Origin: Rhodobacteraceae bacterium UBA2776
Lineage (GTDB): Bacteria; Pseudomonadota; Alphaproteobacteria; Rhodobacterales; Rhodobacteraceae
DNA: 64,000 nucleotides
NCBI GenBank assembly: GCA_002352425.1
Contig: DEIK01000074.1
Span: 7,346-71,345, forward strand
Direction: 5' to 3'
Both the position numbers and the translations under genes were made by a program. Positions 56,841 through 64,000 of this stretch are shown piece after piece. Below the pieces are notes generated by a model. The model made no database searches and was not told the origin of the DNA. It saw only the letters and a list, made by a program, of their open reading frames with translations. How positions within the stretch are numbered: position 1 is the first letter of the stretch; each line of letters opens with the position of its first letter.

Positions 56841-59334
56841 AAATGACGGCAAAAAGACATTGGGCGTCGGCGGCGCCCGCCCCGCGAATGTAAAGCAAAG
56901 CTTTAGTCACGGGCGTACAAAGAATGTCGTGGTGGAAACCAAGCGTAAGCGGGTTGTCGTGCCAAAGCCTGGCATGGCGAAACCGACTGTGGGCGGCACC
57001 AACAAGGTTGCGAAAAGCGATCCGGCCAAGCGCCCAGCGGGCATTTCCGATGCGGAAATGGAACGCCGGATGAAGGCGCTGAAGGTTGCCAAAGCCCGCG
57101 AAGTCGAGGACGCTGAAAAGCGCAAAGCCGAAGACGAAGCGCGCATAGCTGACCGTGAACGCCGCAAAGCCGAGGCCGAAGAAAAAGAGCGCGCTGAAAA
57201 AGAGCGTGAGGACCGTCTGAAAGCCAAGGCTGCAGATGAAGAGCGCAAGCGCGTTGAAGCTGCCGAAGCGGAAAGCCGTGCCAAGGCTGCTGAAAAACCC
57301 GTTGTTGCGGACGCTGGTGTTTCCAATGAAGCGCCTCGTGGTGCTGGGGCTGGCAAGCCCTCCTCGGCCCCTCGTAAGGCGGACCAAGAAGCCCGTGATC
57401 GTCAGAACAAAGGCGGCAAAGGCCGTGATGATGGTCGCCGCGCAGGCAAGCTGACGCTGAACCAAGCATTGTCCGGTGACCGTGGGCGTCAACGCTCAAT
57501 GGCTGCAATCAAACGCAAGCAAGAACGTGCACGTCTCAAGGCGCTGGGCGGCACAGTTGAGCATGAAAAAGTGATCCGTGACGTTCAGGTTCCAGAGGCG
57601 ATTGTTGTTTCGGAACTTGCCAACCGTATGGCTGAACGTGTGGCTGATGTTGTTAAATCGCTCATGAACATGGGTATGATGGTGACACAGAACCAATCTA
57701 TCGACGCTGATACCGCGGAATTGATTGTTGAAGAATTCGGTCACAAAATCATGCGGGTCTCTGACGCAGACGTTGAGGATGTGATCCACGCCGTTGAAGA
57801 CAAAGACGAAGATCTGCAAACGCGCCCACCGGTTATCACCGTTATGGGCCATGTTGACCACGGGAAAACCTCGTTGCTGGACGCAATCCGCAACGCCAAG
57901 GTTGTATCGGGCGAAGCGGGCGGTATCACGCAGCATATCGGTGCTTATCAGGTGAAAACTGATGACGATAAGAAGCTGACCTTCTTGGATACGCCTGGCC
58001 ACGCCGCGTTTACCTCCATGCGGTCACGCGGGGCCCAAGTGACGGACATCGTTATTTTGGTGGTGGCGGCGGATGACGCTGTAATGCCGCAAACGATCGA
58101 AGCCATCCACCACGCCAAAGCGGCGGGCGTGCCGATGATCGTTGCGATCAACAAAATTGACCGCCCTAACGCCAACCCTGACAAAGTGCGCGCAGATCTA
58201 TTGCAGCACGAAGTTATCGTTGAGAAAATGTCAGGCGAAGTGCTCGACGTCGAAGTTTCGGCGATCAACGGCACGGGCTTGGATGTGCTGTTGGAAAACA
58301 TCGGCTTGCAGGCTGAATTGCTTGATCTCAAGGCCAACCCCGATCGCGCCGCTTCTGGCGCTGTGATCGAGGCGCAGTTGGATGTGGGTCGTGGTCCTGT
58401 TGCAACCGTTCTGGTTCAAAACGGTACTTTGCGTCGCGGTGACATTTTTGTTGTTGGTGAGCAGTTCGGTCGCGTCCGCGCATTGATCAACGATCAAGGC
58501 GAGCGCATTGAAGAAGCTGGCCCATCTGTTCCGGTTGAAGTTTTGGGCCTGAACGGCACGCCAGAGGCTGGCGATGTTTTGAACGTTGTGGAAACCGAGG
58601 CACAGGCCCGCGAGATTGCTGAATTCCGTGCCCATGCCGCCAAGGAAAAACGTGCCGCTGTTGGGGCTGCCACCACGCTAGAACAGCTGATGGAGAACGC
58701 CAAAGCCAGCGAGAATATGGCCGAGATGCCAATCTTGGTGAAGGCTGACGTTCAGGGTTCTGCCGAAGCGATCACCCAAGCCATGGCTAAGATCGGCAAT
58801 GACGAGGTTCGCGTTCGTGTGCTGCACTCCGGTGTTGGCGCGATTACGGAATCCGACATTGGTTTGGCCGAAGCCTCGGGCGCACCTGTGTTTGGATTTA
58901 ACGTGCGGGCCAATGCCTCGGCACGGAATACGGCCAACCAAAAAGGCATCGAGATCCGCTATTACTCAGTGATCTACGATCTGGTGGACGACGTGAAGGC
59001 GGCCGCATCTGGCCTGCTAAGTGCCGAAATCCGCGAGAGCTTTATCGGCTACGCGAAAATCCAGGAAGTGTTCAAAGTTACCGGTGTTGGCAAAGTTGCT
59101 GGTTGTCTGGTGACCGAGGGTGTTGCGCGCCGTTCCGCGGGTGTTCGCCTGTTGCGCGATGACGTGGTGATCCATGAGGGCACGCTGAAAACGCTTAAGC
59201 GCTTCAAGGACGAAGTGGCCGAAGTACAGTCAGGTCAAGAATGCGGTATGGCATTTGAAAAATACGATGATATTCGCGCTGGCGATGTCATCGAGATTTT
59301 CGAGCGTCAAGAGATTGAACGCTCGCTCGAGTGA
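56833..59334 (+). CDS. infB: Translation initiation factor IF-2
   Basis: [35 protein letters not shown]. Confidence 0.98.
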   Translation: MSENDGKKTLGVGGARPANVKQSFSHGRTKNVVVETKRKRVVVPKPGMAKPTVGGTNKVAKSDPAKRPAGISDAEMERRMKALKVAKAREVEDAEKRKAEDEARIADRERRKAEAEEKERAEKEREDRLKAKAADEERKRVEAAEAESRAKAAEKPVVADAGVSNEAPRGAGAGKPSSAPRKADQEARDRQNKGGKGRDDGRRAGKLTLNQALSGDRGRQRSMAAIKRKQERARLKALGGTVEHEKVIRDVQVPEAIVVSELANRMAERVADVVKSLMNMGMMVTQNQSIDADTAELIVEEFGHKIMRVSDADVEDVIHAVEDKDEDLQTRPPVITVMGHVDHGKTSLLDAIRNAKVVSGEAGGITQHIGAYQVKTDDDKKLTFLDTPGHAAFTSMRSRGAQVTDIVILVVAADDAVMPQTIEAIHHAKAAGVPMIVAINKIDRPNANPDKVRADLLQHEVIVEKMSGEVLDVEVSAINGTGLDVLLENIGLQAELLDLKANPDRAASGAVIEAQLDVGRGPVATVLVQNGTLRRGDIFVVGEQFGRVRALINDQGERIEEAGPSVPVEVLGLNGTPEAGDVLNVVETEAQAREIAEFRAHAAKEKRAAVGAATTLEQLMENAKASENMAEMPILVKADVQGSAEAITQAMAKIGNDEVRVRVLHSGVGAITESDIGLAEASGAPVFGFNVRANASARNTANQKGIEIRYYSVIYDLVDDVKAAASGLLSAEIRESFIGYAKIQEVFKVTGVGKVAGCLVTEGVARRSAGVRLLRDDVVIHEGTLKTLKRFKDEVAEVQSGQECGMAFEKYDDIRAGDVIEIFERQEIERSLE

Positions 59335-59359
59335 TCAAAACGCCGATATGAATTGAATT

Positions 59360-59387
59360 GGGGGGTGCTGCGGCGCCCCCCTTTTTT
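59360..59387 (+). terminator. Intrinsic terminator after infB
   Basis: GGGGGGTGC-TGCG-GCGCCCCCC followed by TTTTTT. Confidence 0.88.
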
Positions 59388-60339
59388 ATTTCAGAGAGTT
59401 CAGCGTACGCTCCAGCCCGTCATGTAACGTGTAGGGCGCCTTGAACCCGTCCAATTCATGCTTGGCGGTGGCAAAGCTGGTGGAGGAGGTGAATTTTTGC
59501 ACCCGAATCCTGCTGATCGGCAACTTCTTTCCCGTCAGTTTGGTCACCACATCCGCAGTCCAACCCAATGCCAGTCCTAGCCATTTTGGCAAACGTAGCC
59601 CAACACCATTTTTCCCCAGCATGTTTTTGCGCACATCAGCGACCAGTGTGTTCATGTCATAATCAGGCGTGTCGACGTAGTTGAAAACGCCATAAGTGGT
59701 TTTGGTGGTCACACAGGTTAGTAAAAACGCGGCAATATTTTGCACGTAGGCCATGGATTTTTGATTGTTTCCATCGCCAACCATTAGGAAACGTCCGGAA
59801 GTGATTTGCTTGATCAGGTTATAGACGTTGCCGCGATTGCCTTCTCCAAACACCACGGTCGGGCGCACAACCAGCAGCGCCCGTTCCTCGGGATTTTCAC
59901 CGCGCCACTGTTCAAGTTGCTCTTCGGCCTGATATTTGGATTTCCCATAGGCGTTGAATGGATTGATCGCGCCGGTTTCGCCCGTTCCATTTTTGGCGAA
60001 GCCATAGACCGCCACCGAGCTGGCGAAAATGATCTTTTGGATCCCTTTATCGGCGCAAACTTCGGTCAAGGTTTTTGTACCAAATACGTTGGTCTGAAAA
60101 TATTCATTCGGATCGGAAACATCGTCGGTATGCACGGCGGCCAAGTTGACAACAACCTGTCCTGTGATGGTGCCCTGCAGGCTGTTTTTGTCGCGAATGT
60201 CGCCAATTTTGGTCTTGTCGGGAAACAGCGGGCTTGGGACTAAATCAATGATTTCAAATGGCATCTGGCGGTCGGCCAATATTTGACAAAGGACTGTTCC
60301 GATGAAGCCAGAACCACCTATGATTGTAATTTTATTCAT
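59386..60339 (-). CDS. NAD-dependent epimerase, Gnu-like (GlcNAc-PP-undecaprenol 4-epimerase family)
   Basis: GGSGFIG, AAVHTDDVS, SSVAVYG, PFNAYGKSK, RPTVVFGEGNRGNVYNL, KSMAYV closely resemble E. coli O157 Gnu as recalled. Confidence 0.8.
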   Translation of the reverse strand: MNKITIIGGSGFIGTVLCQILADRQMPFEIIDLVPSPLFPDKTKIGDIRDKNSLQGTITGQVVVNLAAVHTDDVSDPNEYFQTNVFGTKTLTEVCADKGIQKIIFASSVAVYGFAKNGTGETGAINPFNAYGKSKYQAEEQLEQWRGENPEERALLVVRPTVVFGEGNRGNVYNLIKQITSGRFLMVGDGNNQKSMAYVQNIAAFLLTCVTTKTTYGVFNYVDTPDYDMNTLVADVRKNMLGKNGVGLRLPKWLGLALGWTADVVTKLTGKKLPISRIRVQKFTSSTSFATAKHELDGFKAPYTLHDGLERTLNSLK

Positions 60340-60604
60340 ATTGCCTCGACTCTGAACCGCTATTTTCTACGAAAAAGGCCCGCGTTAGGGCATACGGCTT
60401 TTGGGCCTGTTTTGATTTTGTCATTCAGGGACTGGAATTGAAAGGGGTGTTCTGAGATGTAGAGGGCCGTAAATTCGGTTTGCACACGCAGAAAACCGCC
60501 GACCTCGATCGGTATCCCCATTTACTATTTTCCCTTTTTCAGGCATAAGTGGCGTTGCACACTGTATTTTTTGCCTGACGTGTGCATTCAACCTGGGGGC
60601 TGAA

Positions 60605-61258
60605 TTGACAGTATATGTATCCGATAGACAGATTGCAAAAGCGAGCAAAGTTGCTACTGCGATTGGTGGATCGCCCTTGTTTTGGGCCTCAAAGCGTTGT
60701 TTTGATATTGTAACGAGTCTGCTTTTGCTGCCCCTTTTGGCCCTGTTTGCTATTATCCTCCTAGTTGTGAATCCTTTTGCGAATCGTGGGCCGCTGTTTT
60801 TCGTCCAAATCCGTATGGGGCGGGATTGTCGTGCTTTCAAAGCCTATAAATTCCGTACAATGCATGGGGAAAAGATGGTTCGTAGAGGGCCAAATGACCC
60901 GATTGAGAGCTGTGGGATCACAAATTTTGGTAAATTCTTACGCAAAACCCGCATTGATGAACTGCCGCAAATTCTGAATGTTTTACAGGGAAAAATGAGC
61001 TTGATCGGGCCGCGTCCGGATTTCTTTACCCATGCTCGTGCATTTGTGCGCGCCATTCCGGAATACCGCGACCGTCATCGCATTCGCCCTGGTATTTCCG
61101 GTCTTGCACAGGTCGAGTTGGGCTATGCGGAAGGGTTCGCTGAAACCCGCACGAAGGCCCAGGCAGATCTATACTATATCAAAAACGCTGGCTTCCTTTT
61201 GGAGCTGCGTTTGATCGGCAAAACCATCACCACAATCCTGACCAAAGCCGGCGTTTAA
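60605..61258 (+). CDS. Sugar transferase (small monotopic phosphoglycosyl transferase, Bac_transf)
   Basis: KRCFDI, YKFRTM, LRKTRIDELPQ, MSLIGPRP, RPGISGLAQV; TTG start uncertain. Confidence 0.9.
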   Translation: MTVYVSDRQIAKASKVATAIGGSPLFWASKRCFDIVTSLLLLPLLALFAIILLVVNPFANRGPLFFVQIRMGRDCRAFKAYKFRTMHGEKMVRRGPNDPIESCGITNFGKFLRKTRIDELPQILNVLQGKMSLIGPRPDFFTHARAFVRAIPEYRDRHRIRPGISGLAQVELGYAEGFAETRTKAQADLYYIKNAGFLLELRLIGKTITTILTKAGV

Positions 61259-61263
61259 ACCCG

Positions 61264-61662
61264 CTACAGCCAATCGCGCAATACTGGAATAAGCGGCAGG
61301 TCTGCGGCCGGCATTGGGTAGTCGCGCAGGTTTTTGACATGCACCCATTTCAGGATTTGGCCCTCTTTGGGCTGCGGCGTGCCCTGCCATTTGCGACAGG
61401 CGAACAGCGGCATGATTAGATGAAAGTCATCGTAGCTGTGGCTGGCAAATGTCAGCGGGGCCAGACAACTGGCCCATGTGTCGATGCCCAATTCTTCCTG
61501 TAACTCGCGGATCAACGCGACCTCTGGGGTTTCGCCCTCTTCGACTTTGCCGCCTGGAAATTCCCACAGGCCGGCCATTGATTTGCCCGCAGGCCGTTGG
61601 GCTAACAAAATGCGCCCATCGCGATCAATCAGCGCAACGGCAGAGACCAGCAGCGATTTCAC
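61264..61662 (-). CDS. mutT: 8-oxo-dGTP diphosphatase MutT
   Basis: [13 protein letters not shown]...RELQEELG; GTG start overlaps the argJ stop. Confidence 0.93.
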   Translation of the reverse strand: MKSLLVSAVALIDRDGRILLAQRPAGKSMAGLWEFPGGKVEEGETPEVALIRELQEELGIDTWASCLAPLTFASHSYDDFHLIMPLFACRKWQGTPQPKEGQILKWVHVKNLRDYPMPAADLPLIPVLRDWL

Positions 61663-62879
61663 GACCGGTAATCCGCGTTGATTTCGATATAGGCATGGGT
61701 CAGGTCGCAAGTCCAAACTGTTGATTTTCCTGTGCCGATGCCCAAATCAACGGCGATCAACAATTCATCGCCTTTCATGTGCTTTGCGGCGGAGGCCTCG
61801 TCATAATCCGGTGATACCCAGCCCTTGTCGGCGACAACGACATCGCCAAACCGTATCGACAAAAGATCGCGGTCAGCCTTGGCGCCGGATTTACCGACAG
61901 CCATCACCACGCGACCCCAGTTCGGATCTTCGCCCGCGATAGCAGTTTTGACCAGTGGTGAGTTGGCGATCGACATGCCAACCTTATGTGCATCGGCGTC
62001 CGTGTCGGCGCCCGTTACACAAACCTCTACGAATTTAGTAGCGCCTTCGCCGTCTTTGACAACCTGATGGGCCAGATTACGCATGACGCTGTGCAGTGCG
62101 TCGGTGAAGGGGCCGGTCAGTGTTGTGACTTCGGCGGATTTTCCGGTGGCGCAAAGCAACAGCGTGTCCGAAGTGGAAGTGTCGCTGTCCACGGTGATGC
62201 AGTTGAACGTCTTGTCCGTCAGCGATGATAGCATGTCTTGCAACAGCGGCTGTGCAATTTTGGCGTCGGTGAAAATATAAACCAACATGGTCGCCATGTC
62301 GGGCGCGATCATGCCGGACCCCTTGGCAATGCCCGCAATGTTGATCACGCCTGTGTCTGTTGTGACCTGGGCGGCTGCGCCTTTTTCAAAGGTGTCCGTC
62401 GTCATGATCGCTGCGGCGGCGTCTTGGATGCGGGCAGGGGACAGGCCCTCGGCCAGCTCGGCAACTTTGGCGGTGATGCGTTCAAAGGGCAGGGGCTCGC
62501 CAATCACGCCGGTCGACGAGGAAAACACGCGATCTTGCGGCACATCCAGCGTTTCCGCGACCATTTTGGTAACGGCTGTAACGGCCTCAATGCCTTTGCC
62601 GCCGGTAAAGGCGTTAGCATTGCCCGAATTGACAACAATCGCAGCGCCGCCGTCAGACGCGGACCCCAATTTGGCCTGACAGTCCAAAACAGGGGCGGCG
62701 CGGGTGGCCGATTTGGTGAACACACCGGCTACGGATGTACCCGCACAAAGATGCGCCAACATCACGTCTGAACGCCCGCGATACTTTACTCCAGCCTCAA
62801 CGGCGGCGAAAGTAACGCCGGAAATGACAGGAAGATCGGGAAAGCCGCCTTTGGGTGCCAAAGGTGATGTTTTCGCCAC
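61659..62879 (-). CDS. argJ: Bifunctional ornithine acetyltransferase / N-acetylglutamate synthase
   Basis: [43 protein letters not shown]. Confidence 0.97.
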   Translation of the reverse strand: MAKTSPLAPKGGFPDLPVISGVTFAAVEAGVKYRGRSDVMLAHLCAGTSVAGVFTKSATRAAPVLDCQAKLGSASDGGAAIVVNSGNANAFTGGKGIEAVTAVTKMVAETLDVPQDRVFSSSTGVIGEPLPFERITAKVAELAEGLSPARIQDAAAAIMTTDTFEKGAAAQVTTDTGVINIAGIAKGSGMIAPDMATMLVYIFTDAKIAQPLLQDMLSSLTDKTFNCITVDSDTSTSDTLLLCATGKSAEVTTLTGPFTDALHSVMRNLAHQVVKDGEGATKFVEVCVTGADTDADAHKVGMSIANSPLVKTAIAGEDPNWGRVVMAVGKSGAKADRDLLSIRFGDVVVADKGWVSPDYDEASAAKHMKGDELLIAVDLGIGTGKSTVWTCDLTHAYIEINADYRS

Positions 62880-62889
62880 GATATTGCTC

Positions 62890-63738
62890 CTAGTTTTCGA
62901 TCAAGCTGAGGTTGCTTAGGAACGATGGATCGAGGCTGTTTTCTTCAACCCGTGTGACTTCGGCGCTTTCGGTTAGCTCGGTGATGACGCCTTCGACGAC
63001 CTGCTGTTGTATCTCGGCTTCCAACTCGGCCTTGATTGACTCAAGGCTGGGCGTATCCTGCAAACGAGATTCATTCAGGATCAGAATGTGCCAGCCAAAT
63101 TGGGTTTGTACGGGGCCAGATATTTCGCCCGCCTTCATCGCGACAACAGCATCCTCAAACGGTTTCACCATCATGCCGGGCCCAAACCAACCCAGACTGC
63201 CACCATTGGCGCCCGATGGACCTGTCGATTTTTCCTTGGCCAGTTCGGCGAAATCAGCGCCTTCATTCAACTGCTTTTGAATGGCTTGGGCTTCGGCTTC
63301 GGTTTCAACCAGAATATGTGAGGCGTTGAATTCTGTGGTTGGGTCGGCATCTTTGAAACGGGCGTCATAGGCGGCCTGCAGGGCATCGTCCGTGATCGCG
63401 TTGGCGATTTTGGCGTCCAGAGCGTCTCCCGCTCGCAAACTGCGCAGCTCGTTTTCAACGGTCAGGGTGATTTGGCGCGATGGCTCGCCTTCTAGCGATT
63501 GCGACAGCACGGTTTGCTGGATCAATTGGGCCAAAATACCCTCAAACAGCACGTCATCAGGCAGGGATTTATACTGATCCGGCAGACCTGTTTTGGTGAC
63601 AATCATGTGGCCAATCGTGATGTCGACGCCATTCACTGTGGCAACAACAGTGTCTGCTGTGGTTTCCTGCGCAAAGGTTGGCAGTGCCAAACCAGCCGCC
63701 AAAACGGCCCCAAGCCAGAAATCATTACGTTTTAACAT
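62890..63738 (-). CDS. Periplasmic parvulin-type peptidyl-prolyl isomerase
   Basis: Signal peptide; ASHILV, FAELAKEKS, GGSLGWF, TQFGWHIL; ATG 63738. Confidence 0.92.
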   Translation of the reverse strand: MLKRNDFWLGAVLAAGLALPTFAQETTADTVVATVNGVDITIGHMIVTKTGLPDQYKSLPDDVLFEGILAQLIQQTVLSQSLEGEPSRQITLTVENELRSLRAGDALDAKIANAITDDALQAAYDARFKDADPTTEFNASHILVETEAEAQAIQKQLNEGADFAELAKEKSTGPSGANGGSLGWFGPGMMVKPFEDAVVAMKAGEISGPVQTQFGWHILILNESRLQDTPSLESIKAELEAEIQQQVVEGVITELTESAEVTRVEENSLDPSFLSNLSLIEN

Positions 63739-63778
63739 CTTTTTATCCTTAGATTGGGTCACGCGGGGGTGCGCAACA

Positions 63779-63807
63779 TTGACACTACGGTAACAGCTGA
63801 TTACATC
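63779..63807 (+). promoter_or_regulatory. Candidate secA promoter
   Basis: TTGACA-N17-TACATC upstream of secA. Confidence 0.4.
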
Positions 63808-63929
63808 GCCAAATGGATCTTGGCGAAGGCTTTGCTGTTTCTTCTGGGTTGTTTTAGGACGCACAGTTAGTCGGGGCAAGGGACAGTCGCACGAGAACAT
63901 TTTAAGTTGATCATTTAGGCGGAGAGAAC

Positions 63930-64000
63930 ATGCTAGGTATCGGAACACTGACCAAAAAAGTTTTTGGCACCCCGAATGATCGAAAAGTCAAAGCAACATT
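63930..64000 (+). CDS. secA: Preprotein translocase subunit SecA (5' end only)
   Basis: GGAGAG SD then [21 protein letters not shown]; divergent from PPIase-argJ-mutT as in other alphaproteobacteria. Confidence 0.85.
   Translation, partial: MLGIGTLTKKVFGTPNDRKVKAT

Noticed and set aside
60372-60413. Imperfect inverted repeat AAAAAGGCCC...GGGCCTGTTTT in the epimerase/PGT gap
   Set aside because: Six-bp core with a 21-nt loop; could arise by chance
60421-60840. 139-aa minus-strand ORF upstream of the Gnu-like gene
   Set aside because: Overlaps the sugar transferase antisense, no motifs, atypical composition
9911-62494. KOPS (GGGNAGGG) polarity as support for the origin
   Set aside because: A spot check found plus-strand copies (38994, 62432, 62487) but also reverse copies (9911, 20461, 24617, 30982); the check was not exhaustive and is not informative
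63806-63826. Hairpin TCGCCAA-N7-TTGGCGA in the secA upstream region
   Set aside because: Overlaps the predicted -10/TSS, has no U-tract, and no leader peptide is evident
1-64000. tRNA/rRNA genes, CRISPR arrays, IS elements, prophage or defence genes
   Set aside because: Intergenic gaps are short and none shows a cloverleaf, repeat-spacer periodicity, transposase or integrase motifs; tRNAscan/Infernal were not run

Overview
A 64-kb stretch of an alphaproteobacterial chromosome, Rhodobacteraceae/Roseobacter-group by gene order and protein sequences, that very likely spans the replication origin. The backbone is conserved housekeeping: timA-fxsA-secB, dnaQ-coaE-aroE-maf | candidate oriC (4217-4599) | hemJ-rho-mnmE-mnmG-rsmG-parA-parB with two perfect parS palindromes, then hemW-rdgB-rph, hrcA-grpE, mutS, maeB, argG, ilvA, hslO, cca, hemH, ubiG, pip, rimP-nusA-infB, mutT-argJ-PPIase and the start of secA. 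I found no tRNA/rRNA genes, CRISPR arrays, transposases or prophage genes. The most interesting accessory material is glycan-related. (i) A ~9.7-kb cluster (44087-53795) has ugd, a UDP-glucuronate epimerase, GT2-like enzymes (one with tandem GT-like domains), a DXD glycosyltransferase fused to a SAM methyltransferase, a degenerate copy of that methyltransferase domain fused to an alpha/beta hydrolase, and a sulfotransferase-like protein, with no polymerase or export gene. (ii) A divergent pair between infB and mutT encodes a Gnu-like lipid-linked 4-epimerase and a phosphoglycosyl transferase. Smaller finds are an internally deleted, frameshifted sulfotransferase-family pseudogene, a perfect inverted repeat in the middle of the candidate origin, a parS site on the probable mnmG start codon, an SD-sequestering hairpin before msrA, a terminator-containing rimP leader, candidate CtrA boxes, and four convergent gene pairs sharing a CTAG double stop. 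All family calls are from motif recognition by eye; no database search was run.
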